Shown here: positions 38,852 through 49,200 of the stretch, one piece after another
Position numbering within the stretch: the first letter of the stretch is position 1
Layout: every line of letters starts with the position of its first letter
Source: a virus
Taxonomy: Duplodnaviria; Caudoviricetes
Reading direction: 5' to 3' (one strand)
IMG/VR virus record: IMGVR_UViG_3300033149_000867
Location: 1 to 57,878 of that record
Length of the DNA: 57,878 nucleotides
Translations under genes and position numbers: made by a program
The notes under the pieces: model-generated
The model's input: only the letters and a program-made list of their open reading frames with translations
The model's database searches: none
What the model was told of the DNA's origin: nothing

Positions 38852-39517
38852 ATGACGTGGAATAAAGTCCCACTACCAGACAAATGCGTTGAACTTATTG
38901 GAGGCTATATAAACACAAATCAAGACGTAAATTTCACATCGGATGAATTCACAATAATGGTAAGGTGTGCGTTTGAAGACCCATTCCACAACAACTTCCA
39001 AAACATTATTTATAAATCAGACAACGCATGGAAACTCTCTTATGTTTATGGCAGACCATACGCATTGATGAAAAATAGTGATGGGCAAACATTCGCAAAT
39101 TATTTGACAACTGAAATAAATTTCCAAACGGAAGACACGGGCGACATCGGAAAATGGCATTGGTTCTCCGTTGTTTATGATGGCGAGTGCATGACTGGTT
39201 ATTATAATAACGAAGTTATGAATGTGGTGATAACAGCAAGTGGGACACCAGCTTTAATTTCTAACAATGTTTTGGTTGGGAAATACGGCACGACTGATTA
39301 TGTCTTTATTGGCAAAGTTTCAGATGTCTTCATTGTTGATAGGGCAATTAGTGTGAGTGAATTAAATAAAATTATTTATTATGAGACAGAACCTTATGAT
39401 ACGTTAATTTCACTTAAAAACGAAGATATTACAGCTGATGGTTGGAGAGATGCCACATTTGTTGGTAATGCTATACCAAAACAAAGAAATAGTAGTGGCA
39501 TCTATGTTGAATTATAA
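38852..39517 (+). CDS. LamG/concanavalin-like virion protein
   Basis: FTIMVR, WHWFSVVYDG, F.GKVSDVFIVDRA. Confidence 0.7.
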   Translation: MTWNKVPLPDKCVELIGGYINTNQDVNFTSDEFTIMVRCAFEDPFHNNFQNIIYKSDNAWKLSYVYGRPYALMKNSDGQTFANYLTTEINFQTEDTGDIGKWHWFSVVYDGECMTGYYNNEVMNVVITASGTPALISNNVLVGKYGTTDYVFIGKVSDVFIVDRAISVSELNKIIYYETEPYDTLISLKNEDITADGWRDATFVGNAIPKQRNSSGIYVEL

Positions 39518-39529
39518 GGGTGATTAAAG

Positions 39530-41470
39530 TTGCCATCAATTTTATTCGTAAATACACGGGACGGAACAATAACACAAGACGAATTAAATGGAATATTAAC
39601 GAAGTTAAGTAGTGTTAAGAAGTTTGATGATTTGTTAATTGCGACACACATTCCAATTATACAGTATTCTGGACATTCTGATATGTTTATTGAAAATTAT
39701 GAACAACTTGCTTATGCTGTTAGTGAATATAATGTCGTTGGTTTTATTTCGGCTCATGACCACAATGTCGTTGGGTTGATTGAAGGTGATGAAATACCAC
39801 AATTGGGTTCTGATTGCGTGTTGCGTTTAGATTTTGATGAAGGTAGCGGAAATACAGTTTATGATAAATCTCCTTATAGAAATAATGGAACTATTTACGG
39901 TGCGTCTTGGGTTGATGGTAAGTATGGGAAGGCGTTGAGCTTTGACGGTGAGGATGATTATGTGGAAGTGCCCAATTCGGAGAGTTTGGATATTACTGAT
40001 GCGATTACGGTTGAGGTGTGGGTGAAACCAACAGTTGAACCAAGAGATTATAATATGATGTTTATCCAAAAAGGAGACGATACGAGTAATGATAGAACAT
40101 TCTATATTTACAACAGAGGTGTAAGCGATGAGTTGCACTTTGGTGGATATGATTCTTTAGGGAATCTTCATCTCGTGAGATTTAGTATGCCTTCAGATTA
40201 CAAAAATGGAGTATGGAGTTATTTAGTTCTTGTAAAGGATAGTAATGGACTTCGGGCATATTATAATGGGATGTTAAAAGGTTTTGATGATACATTTACA
40301 GAAAATATGAGAAGTAATACAGACCCAGTTATGATTGGAGTGGCGGGTACTTTACTTTACTTCAACGGCATCATCGACGAAGTCCGCATCTACAACCGAG
40401 CTTTAAGTGAAGAAGAAATTAAGGCACACTTTATCAGAGGAGCAATTCCACGATTTTCTGGGACAATACCACAATATTCATCACTTCATGGTAGTTATGA
40501 GGCGGAGGACTATGTTGGTTCTGGTGGAACTGTTGTCAATGATAGCGATGCCTCTGGTGGCAAAGCCGTAAGCCACGATGGGTCATCAAGCCCCACACAA
40601 ATGGTCTATTTCACCCTCTCAAACCTCACATCTCAACATTATTATGTTATAAGATTTAGAGGTAAAAGTGCAAGTAATGTTTCAAATTCTATGAAGTTAA
40701 AAATAAACGACACAACCGATAATATATTAATTAAAGATTTAATGTATATTTCAACTTCGCCATCTTATCAATGGTCATTTTATTATCCATTCGTTATACA
40801 AGACGGCTCACACACATATTCATTTGAAATAACGGCTGAAAATATTGGTGATGACATTACAAGATACGTCGATGTGATTGAAATTTACGATTGTGGGGAC
40901 ACACTATTCAGAGAATTCGAAGCAGAGGATTATGTGAGTGGCGATGGGTCGGTTGTGTCAGATAGTGATGCATCATGTGGTGAAGCCGTTGCACATACAT
41001 CCACCTCAAATGCCGAAATGATGGCTTTCACAACCAATGAATTTAAAGCTGGTAAATATTTGATGACTTGGAGGGCACGTTCTCCTTCGGGTGCATTAAC
41101 AGAAAGTATTGGTTTATGTGTATATGATATGACAACGAGTAGTTATGTAATGAACTACGTATATAGAGACACAGACACATCATATAAATGGGTTCAACCA
41201 GTTGAATTTACAATCCCAAATGACACACATACATATTTGATAAAAGCAATTGTCAATAATTTAGATGGTAATGAAAAAAGATTGGATGTAATTAGAATTT
41301 ACTCATTAGACACGGGTCGTCCAGTCAAACAAATTTATACAAGAAGAGCCGATGGTAGTTGGGGCGTTGATAGTGGTCATTCAAAACTAATATTAAATAA
41401 TGATGGGTCATTTACATTTTATACACAAAAATTCGAGGGAGGGTTGTTAAGAGATAAAGTTGAAATATGA
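39530..41470 (+). CDS. Adhesin-like tail protein: C-terminal half of a metallophosphoesterase + LamG + two CBM-like repeats
   Basis: IATHIP and FISAHDH; LamG DFDEGSG...FNGIIDEVRIYNRAL; repeats YEAEDYV...DSDAS. Confidence 0.75.
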   Translation: MPSILFVNTRDGTITQDELNGILTKLSSVKKFDDLLIATHIPIIQYSGHSDMFIENYEQLAYAVSEYNVVGFISAHDHNVVGLIEGDEIPQLGSDCVLRLDFDEGSGNTVYDKSPYRNNGTIYGASWVDGKYGKALSFDGEDDYVEVPNSESLDITDAITVEVWVKPTVEPRDYNMMFIQKGDDTSNDRTFYIYNRGVSDELHFGGYDSLGNLHLVRFSMPSDYKNGVWSYLVLVKDSNGLRAYYNGMLKGFDDTFTENMRSNTDPVMIGVAGTLLYFNGIIDEVRIYNRALSEEEIKAHFIRGAIPRFSGTIPQYSSLHGSYEAEDYVGSGGTVVNDSDASGGKAVSHDGSSSPTQMVYFTLSNLTSQHYYVIRFRGKSASNVSNSMKLKINDTTDNILIKDLMYISTSPSYQWSFYYPFVIQDGSHTYSFEITAENIGDDITRYVDVIEIYDCGDTLFREFEAEDYVSGDGSVVSDSDASCGEAVAHTSTSNAEMMAFTTNEFKAGKYLMTWRARSPSGALTESIGLCVYDMTTSSYVMNYVYRDTDTSYKWVQPVEFTIPNDTHTYLIKAIVNNLDGNEKRLDVIRIYSLDTGRPVKQIYTRRADGSWGVDSGHSKLILNNDGSFTFYTQKFEGGLLRDKVEI

Positions 41471-41513
41471 GTATGAATAAATTTAAATAATTAAAAATAA
41501 TAAGAATTGAGAG

Positions 41514-43391
41514 GTGATGTTGATGGCAAAACTTTCAAAAAATAGGTTTTATGTTGGTGATGGTGGATTTAATTTAACGGCGAATATTGGTGTTAATTTG
41601 TCAAATTATGGTGATGACCTTGATGCAAAATTTGTAATAAAAAGTAGATATGGTGGCGGACTAATTCAATATAGTTGTAGCAATTGTTCAATAACGGATT
41701 ATAATAATGGCGTCATTACAATAACTTTGCCTTCATTATTTTTTGCGACATCTGGGCATTTTGATGGCTTCATCATAATTTACGATAGTAGTGGCGAACA
41801 ACTTACAACAATTGAACTTGGCGATATTTACGTTGGCGAAAAAATAACTGGGGTTTCGAATTTCGACGATGAAACTGTTTATCACCCATCTGTGGCAAAT
41901 GTCGTAATTCAAAAAGTTGATAATCTTGTTTTAGCGAAGAAATATGATGAGACGACAAATACATGGACTTTGGTTGATAGTGGTGTTGCTGGGCAAGATG
42001 ACAACGACGTCTTTGATTATGTTTTTGACAATTACAATGGTTTGATTTTCATAAAAGGTGGCACATATACGGAGCTTTCTGGTTTGACACCTCAATCAAA
42101 TTCGATAATAGTGGGCGAAGGTGTTGATAAGACAATTCTTGATTTCGCCGATGAAAGCGACTTTTTATTGTATAATCCAGATATAACATTCCGTGATTTT
42201 ACAATTGAAGGGCGATTTTTCATAAATAACAGTAGAATGAAATTTTATAATATCAAAAATACTTGCGATGAAACGAGATTGGGTGCATTTACAATTTGGA
42301 CAACCAATGACAACATAATTGAAGATATAGTTTTCATGAATTGTTATGCACACGAATGTGGCACGTTTGGATTTTATAATACTGGTGATGGTGATGTCAG
42401 AGAAATACGAAATGTGAGGTATATAGATTGCCATGCATATAAGTGTGGTTATTCAACTCGTTTTTCAGATTGGATTGTTGGGTTTGATGTCGCTGAATAT
42501 CTTACTGCGATTGAAGATTGTGTTTTGATTGGTTGTAGTGCGAATTATTCGTGGGAAAGTGGATTTCATTTAGAAGATGCACCAAATAAAACAAATGTAA
42601 TGTTTTTAGGTTGTATTTCTGAATATAATGGTCAAAAACCAAGTGCAAATTACGGTGCTGGTTTCTTGGTTTCAAGTGGTGTTTCATTATATAATTGTCA
42701 AACAAAAGGAAATGCAGTTGCTGGTATCAGATTTAACAACAATAAAGAGAGTTGCCCACTAATTATAAGCGATTGTAAGGACGAAGGAAGTTATATATCA
42801 TTACATGGTTGGGGCAACCCATCATCTGGTGAAGTTTTCATAAAGAATTTCACATCTGTAAGTTCGACTTATTTGGCAGTTGAACTTCTTTCGACAAACA
42901 ATATATTTGTTGATGGTCTCAATATAATTGACCCAGCTGGTGATGGTGATATTTGCACGTTGTTTGGCAACGCAACATATCCAATTGACAATTGTAGAGT
43001 AAGAGGATTAAATGCAATCGGCGGACAAAGTCCAAAGGTAATTTATACGGCTTCGTCAAATAATTTGTATTTCGAAGGTTATATTAACACTTCACAAACA
43101 TATCCATTTTATAACGATGGAAGCACAAATGTAGAAGTTGAATTAAGTGGTTCTTATATTTCCAAAAACAACGGCGTTTTGACGACAGATGGTGATGGTG
43201 TCAAAGAACAATTTGAAATAACACATGGACTGTCATCAACCCCATCGATAATAAATGTTTGGAAAGAAATTGACAATTTACCAGACATAGATTATATAAC
43301 TGCCGATGCAACTAAAATTTACGTCAATTTTGTTTCAGCACCAGCGAATGGAAGTGATAATGTTAAATTGGGTTGGTATGCTCATATATGA
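41514..43391 (+). CDS. Tail spike/fibre with right-handed beta-helix (pectin-lyase-like) domain
   Basis: IFIKGGTY, IVGEG.DKTIL, repeated Cys/Asn ladder, C-terminal ITHGL..TP. Confidence 0.75.
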   Translation: MMLMAKLSKNRFYVGDGGFNLTANIGVNLSNYGDDLDAKFVIKSRYGGGLIQYSCSNCSITDYNNGVITITLPSLFFATSGHFDGFIIIYDSSGEQLTTIELGDIYVGEKITGVSNFDDETVYHPSVANVVIQKVDNLVLAKKYDETTNTWTLVDSGVAGQDDNDVFDYVFDNYNGLIFIKGGTYTELSGLTPQSNSIIVGEGVDKTILDFADESDFLLYNPDITFRDFTIEGRFFINNSRMKFYNIKNTCDETRLGAFTIWTTNDNIIEDIVFMNCYAHECGTFGFYNTGDGDVREIRNVRYIDCHAYKCGYSTRFSDWIVGFDVAEYLTAIEDCVLIGCSANYSWESGFHLEDAPNKTNVMFLGCISEYNGQKPSANYGAGFLVSSGVSLYNCQTKGNAVAGIRFNNNKESCPLIISDCKDEGSYISLHGWGNPSSGEVFIKNFTSVSSTYLAVELLSTNNIFVDGLNIIDPAGDGDICTLFGNATYPIDNCRVRGLNAIGGQSPKVIYTASSNNLYFEGYINTSQTYPFYNDGSTNVEVELSGSYISKNNGVLTTDGDGVKEQFEITHGLSSTPSIINVWKEIDNLPDIDYITADATKIYVNFVSAPANGSDNVKLGWYAHI

Positions 43392-43475
43392 TTTATTTAT
43401 TCAAAACATTTAAATAAGTTAAATTTTTTAATAATTAATTAGCTACACACCTCGATGTGTCTCTTGGAGGCATAA

Positions 43476-43853
43476 ATGAGAGGCTGTGATTATAATTTGT
43501 CGGAGGTTTGTGCGATGGAAGGAGATATGGTTGAAATAAAGTTGGACGAAAATAGAATTGTTAAGATTAAGTTGCCAAAGGGTCAAATTGGTATAAAACA
43601 TGCGATTTTGTCTGCAAAATTATCTTCATTGCTTGTTGATATTGGGGATGTTGGTGAAGAAATTGTTATACCACCAGAAATATTTGATAAAATTGAGCCG
43701 ATTTTAGATAGATGGGTTGAAGAGGTTTTACCAAATATTTTAGTCGATTGTAAAATTGACGACCTCTATGGTGAAGACATCCTAAATATATTTACGGAAC
43801 TCGTTAGGATATCGGGTGAGAGACAGCAATACTTTCAAACATCTCGTGGATGA
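43476..43853 (+). CDS. Tail assembly chaperone (gpG-like); true start probably MVEIKL
   Basis: Position before tape measure; overlaps next ORF in the +1 frame. Confidence 0.6.
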   Translation: MRGCDYNLSEVCAMEGDMVEIKLDENRIVKIKLPKGQIGIKHAILSAKLSSLLVDIGDVGEEIVIPPEIFDKIEPILDRWVEEVLPNILVDCKIDDLYGEDILNIFTELVRISGERQQYFQTSRG

Positions 43854-44049
43854 ATTTGAGGAATTATCTATGATGGTTGCATATGTTAGTAAGGAATGTG
43901 GAATTAGACCATCAGAAATAGTTGAATTTGACGAAGATACATATTGGTTTGATAAATTATTTTATGATTTCAACATAATGTTAAAATATGAAGAAAGAAT
44001 TAATAAGGAGATTGATAAGAAATGCCACTCAATAAACAAGCGATATTAA
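43816..44049 (+). CDS. Tail assembly chaperone C-terminal part (gpT-like)
   Basis: G.RPSE...F.FD pattern typical of these chaperones; directly precedes the tape measure gene. Confidence 0.6.
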   Translation: MRDSNTFKHLVDEFEELSMMVAYVSKECGIRPSEIVEFDEDTYWFDKLFYDFNIMLKYEERINKEIDKKCHSINKRY

Positions 44050-45872
44050 GGTTGAAATTTGTATTAGAAAATTTGAAGAGCCTTGATGCCATTAAGGGCA
44101 AATTAGCGGAGGTGAAAACCTCTGCCATTTCAACTTCATCTGGTTTTGAAAAATTGCGTGGTGTTGGTAGAGGTGTTGCGGAAAGTTTTGGTTTTATAAC
44201 GCCCGAAATTATTGCTGTTAATCAACGTTATGCAATGCAAATTGAAGAAATTAAAAGTCGCCATGCCAAATTAAGGGAAAGTGCAGTTGAACTTTCACAT
44301 AAATATGCGTTGTTAAAAAGAACAATTAGAGAAGAACAAAAACAACTTTCTGCTTACCCAGATATTGTATCAGATATTGAAATGCATAAAAGACAACTAT
44401 ATAGTGTAAGAACAGAATTGGCAAAAATAACACCGCAATATAAAACATATACTCATTTGGTCAAAAATACAACGGAAATTGAAAAGAGAGCGACACAAGA
44501 GAAGCGAAGGCAAGTTTTCACAACGAGATATTGGGGGTCTGTGTTCGAAAATTGGCTTGGGAAAATACATGGGCGACAAGAGGAACTGTCTAAAATTGAA
44601 GATAGGAGAGAGAGGCAAACAAGAGCCTTGACATATGCTTCCATGAGGCTCGGTAAGGCACAACAGTTCCTCGTTTCGGCACAGATGTCCTTGCTTGGCG
44701 TGTTCTTCTCACTATTCTCTGCTTTCTTCTTCTTACGAACTGGTTTTACTTCGTTAATTTCGCCAATTACTGATTTAGATACGGCTATTAATTCACTTGT
44801 TCTTGGATTTATATTTGGCGATGAAAATACAAAGAAATTGGCATCTTCAATACTTGGTCTTGGTAAAGACACAGATGATACGGAAAAGAAAACAAATAAA
44901 TTAATCGACGCATGGAAAACGTGGCAAAGTATAACGGCAACAGCAAAAGTCGTCTCACTCTCTATTGCAGTTGGAATTTTGGGCGATGAAGAAGTTAAAC
45001 AAAAATTAGGTGAAATAAAAACCAAATTGATTGAAATTGCTGGTGATGAAGAAACACGCAATGCTGTTAAAAATCTATTTTTGACAATGCTTAATATGTT
45101 GCAAGAATTGTTGAAAAATTTGCCAAGTATAATAAATTGGTTTAATTCGATGCTCGGAATTTTGCAACCAATTTTGGGAACTGTTGTCAAATTATCAATA
45201 TTTGCCATGATATTTATGATACCACTTGCCATAATTGGGATGTTAGTAAATCAAATTATAATTTTGATAGGTGTTCTTGGTAAATTACTATTGTGGCTAA
45301 CTGGTGCTGATAACAGATTAGTCAAATTTTTGGCAAAGACAAAGGAAACTGGTCTTTTAACTATTGCAATGAATAAACTCAAAGAAGCAATTAAAGGGGT
45401 AGGTTTAGCATCAAAGTTGTTTAGTCCATACACCCTCATATTGACGGGTCTAATTATATTATTTGCAATTCTATACAAAAAGAGCGACAAATTCAGAGAG
45501 GTCATTCAAAAAATAGTTAATAAATTCAAGGAATTTGGCAAAACTATTAAAGAACACTTACCATTCCTTAATTTACTTGGTTCAATCTTTGGTGTCGCTG
45601 GTGGTGTTTTCAAGGGCATAATTGGTAAAGGTGTTGGTGAGGCATTCATAGGTGGTAATATTGGCGAAGCGATTGACAAAAAGTTGCAAAATGAAATTGG
45701 TAAGAGAACAATAACAGAAATTGGTGGTGGTGGAAATGTTAATCAACAGTCTTCACAAATTATCAACGAAACAATAATAATGCATAATGACATAGATAAT
45801 ATTCATGATATTGATGAATTAACAAATACATTAACAAAATCTGTTAGATATAGGAGTAGTGATGCCGTATGA
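44022..45872 (+). CDS. Tape measure protein
   Basis: Long helical protein with hydrophobic segments and LYKKSDKFRE motif. Confidence 0.85.
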   Translation: MPLNKQAILRLKFVLENLKSLDAIKGKLAEVKTSAISTSSGFEKLRGVGRGVAESFGFITPEIIAVNQRYAMQIEEIKSRHAKLRESAVELSHKYALLKRTIREEQKQLSAYPDIVSDIEMHKRQLYSVRTELAKITPQYKTYTHLVKNTTEIEKRATQEKRRQVFTTRYWGSVFENWLGKIHGRQEELSKIEDRRERQTRALTYASMRLGKAQQFLVSAQMSLLGVFFSLFSAFFFLRTGFTSLISPITDLDTAINSLVLGFIFGDENTKKLASSILGLGKDTDDTEKKTNKLIDAWKTWQSITATAKVVSLSIAVGILGDEEVKQKLGEIKTKLIEIAGDEETRNAVKNLFLTMLNMLQELLKNLPSIINWFNSMLGILQPILGTVVKLSIFAMIFMIPLAIIGMLVNQIIILIGVLGKLLLWLTGADNRLVKFLAKTKETGLLTIAMNKLKEAIKGVGLASKLFSPYTLILTGLIILFAILYKKSDKFREVIQKIVNKFKEFGKTIKEHLPFLNLLGSIFGVAGGVFKGIIGKGVGEAFIGGNIGEAIDKKLQNEIGKRTITEIGGGGNVNQQSSQIINETIIMHNDIDNIHDIDELTNTLTKSVRYRSSDAV

Positions 45873-46252
45873 CGACAACTTTCTATAAATATGATGATGA
45901 AACTGTATATGTTGAAGTGAAATTGAAGAGGGCGAGAATAACGAGGCAGTTCGCCGTCTCGAATTTCCCACGTTTTAATTTGCCACCACTCTCATATCCA
46001 AGAGGTATGGAACGTGAATATTATGATTTGTCATTTTCAATCACAAATATTGATGATTTAAATAAAATTTATGAAATTTTCAAATACGGCACAAATATGG
46101 TTTATTTGTCAAGCGACGACGATATAATACCAGAACAAACAAAACAACCATTTGTTATTGAACGATTTTATGTTGAACAACGTGGTGGGCAATACAATAT
46201 TTGGGAAGTTTCAACGACAATTTTGAGAGCTTGGGAGGTGGTTGAAGAATAA
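45869..46252 (+). CDS. Distal tail (Dit)-like protein
   Basis: Position after tape measure, beta-rich. Confidence 0.55.
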   Translation: MTTTFYKYDDETVYVEVKLKRARITRQFAVSNFPRFNLPPLSYPRGMEREYYDLSFSITNIDDLNKIYEIFKYGTNMVYLSSDDDIIPEQTKQPFVIERFYVEQRGGQYNIWEVSTTILRAWEVVEE

Positions 46253-49200
46253 TGACGTTGCGTTATCATATTCTTGATGGCGACACTTACAAATATCTTG
46301 GCGAAGCTCTCAACTTCAAATATAGCAGAGGACTTGGCAAACTTGAACTTTGCACTTTCACAACATATAAAATACCAGAGTTGAAAGTTGGCAATGACGT
46401 CAATATTGTGATTTCAGACGACAAATACAATTGGTATGAATTGATGAGTGGATATATTCAAAAAATAACCGAAAAAGATGATTTGTATAGTGTTGAAGTT
46501 GTTGCCAAAACAATAGATTTAAAAAATGAAATGTTTAGACAGTCGCAATACATACTTTTGGACTTTGAAGATTATACAGAAGGCGAAACGCCTGATAAGA
46601 CTGATGGTAATTGGGATTTAAGTTCAACAACATTATCAGATGCAATTGATGTAAGAATTAAATCAAATTTATCGTTTAGTGATGTTGGCAAAAATACGCT
46701 GTTATTCAAAGATTTAGACACAAACGATAATTATTATGTTGAATATTCACATGGTGTTGAAGAGGTTTTGAAAGGGGTAATTTCGTTTGGTGTCTATATC
46801 GCACAGCTACATGAAATTTCAACTGATGTTGCAGTCCATTATTTTTCAGTTGATTTTGGGTCATCTGGGACTGGTCTCACATTTTCGTTTAGGAAAAACG
46901 CAACTACTTATGATGTTGAAATGAAAATAGAAAGTGGGGCGACATCATCTGGTTGGATAACTATTTACGATATGTCATCAACTGGGTATTCTATTGGTAA
47001 ATTTTTCAATATAACAGCATATTTCGATTATAATAACGATAGTTTGGCAGTTTATGTTAATGGCGAAAAAATATATGAAAATTCATCATTTTCATTTGAT
47101 GTTGGTGGGTCTTCAAAACTGATATTTGGTTCTGCAACATCTTATATTAGTGTATTCCTCTATGATAATATTGTTGTATATGATTTAACGGAACATATTT
47201 CAAACCCGTCCTCTAATTATATAAGGACAAAACCACTATTCAATCAAGAGACCGCAGACCGTCTTCTTTACTATCTTGGTTATGATGGGTGGTCATATTA
47301 TGGAAATGAAGATTTGTTTGACGATTATGCAATTAATATTTCGACAACTAACAATTCGAAATATTTTATGACTTCAAAAATTTTGAGAGGTTGCGTTGGT
47401 ATAAAACATTACAAATATGATAGTTTTAACAAAATTTTATATGTTGGCAAAGCCCAAGATGACACAACATTAAAATTACAATTGAAATTCAACGAAGGCG
47501 ATGGAACAACGGCATATGACGGCTCTAATTATAATAACGATGGAACGATAAATGGTGCAAAATGGGTCGAAGGTAAATATGGTTGGGCATTGGAATTCGA
47601 CGGAACTAATGATTATGTTGTTGTTTCAGATGATAGTAGTCTTGATATTACGGACGCTCTTACGATTTCGGCTTGGTTAAGACCAACTGACATAACAACA
47701 AATGCAACTTACACTATTTTGAGAAAAGACGAAAGTTATCGCATTTCTTTCCAAAATAACGGACAAACTCTTTCATTTGGTTTGTGGGATAGTGGTGGAA
47801 CTTTAAACGAACTTGATGTTTCTATTGACAGCGAAGAAATTGTCGATGGTAGATGGCATTTAGTGGTTGCGACTTACGACGGTTCATTTATGAAGTTATA
47901 TTTAGATGGCAAATTAATTGGATATAAAGAAGATATTTTTTCGATACAATCAACTGCAAACGACTTGTATATCGGTAGTAATGGTGGGTCATCCGAATTT
48001 TACAAAGGTTATATGGACGAAATACGAATTTACGCAAAGACATTTGACGAAGATATGGTCAGCGACTTGTATAAATTTGGTGAATACTATTTGACTGTCG
48101 ATTATGATGAAGACTATTGTAAAATTGGCGAAACAAATGGTTTGATGACTGTAAATGAAAAAAGAAAGGTTTTGAGTAGTGATGAACAATATAACAAAAT
48201 CACAATAACTGGTTATAATAAATCGAGGTTGCCAATATCGGCAAGTGCTGGTGAGGGCAAACCCGAAAAAACATTTTATTATGAGGAAATAGCAACAAAG
48301 AGTGAATTAGAGAAGTTGGCTGATGAAGTCCTCAATTACTACAAGAAACAAAGTGGTTATGAGGTTGAGGGAACATTTTACTGCTATGACCACACAAAAA
48401 GACCAAAGAAACTGCTACTCGAAACTACATCAAACATCGAACTCATCCAAAGCACTTACCCCATCACACTCCACACCAAGTTAATCCCCCTTGCCCAACC
48501 ATGTTCTCTCTTTACTGTGTATAATTCATATAATTTATCAATAGAAAATAACAAAATCGTATTCAGATATTACGACGGCTCAAATGTAAATGTCGTCCAA
48601 TCCGATGACATATCTTCATTAATAAATAAAAACGAACCAATTTCAATAACTTTGATGATTAGTGAAAATAAAGAAATTTCAGTTTATGTTGATAAAGTCG
48701 AAGTTATTAACTTTACGGCATCAACTATGCAAAAGATAACGAACTCTGATATATATTATGGATATATGTTGTTCCCAACAGTTGGGTCAATAGCAACCCA
48801 TCAATTTTTATATGAACTTTACATTTCAACTGACGTAAATAAAGATTTGTTGCCAAGAATATTTGATGGCGACTATCCAATGAGAAATGCGGTTGTTTTA
48901 CTAACTCCATATACAGTTGATAAAACAGATGAAATTTGGTATAATGCACTTTATCAGCGACCATATGTGTTTGGTTTGGTTGCCGATTTGCATATTGGTC
49001 AAAGTAATGGATATTATGATTACAATAAAAAATTGTCAAGAAAAATGTTGCTTGGCAAAACCGACTACAATATTTATTTAGGCGACTTATTTGAAGATAC
49101 AACTGACGATAGAAATGACTTCATAAATACATTCAAAAATTTGGAGGCAAAAGAACAGATATTTGTTTGGGGCAACCACGATTATGGCGATGGCACTAAT

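Noticed and set aside
44453-45232. 259-aa minus-strand ORF
   Set aside because: Antisense shadow of the tape measure gene; no SD or motifs
48385-48510. C-rich patch in the tail-tip gene, considered as a diversity-generating retroelement target
   Set aside because: No reverse transcriptase and no template/variable repeat pair seen; more likely a module junction
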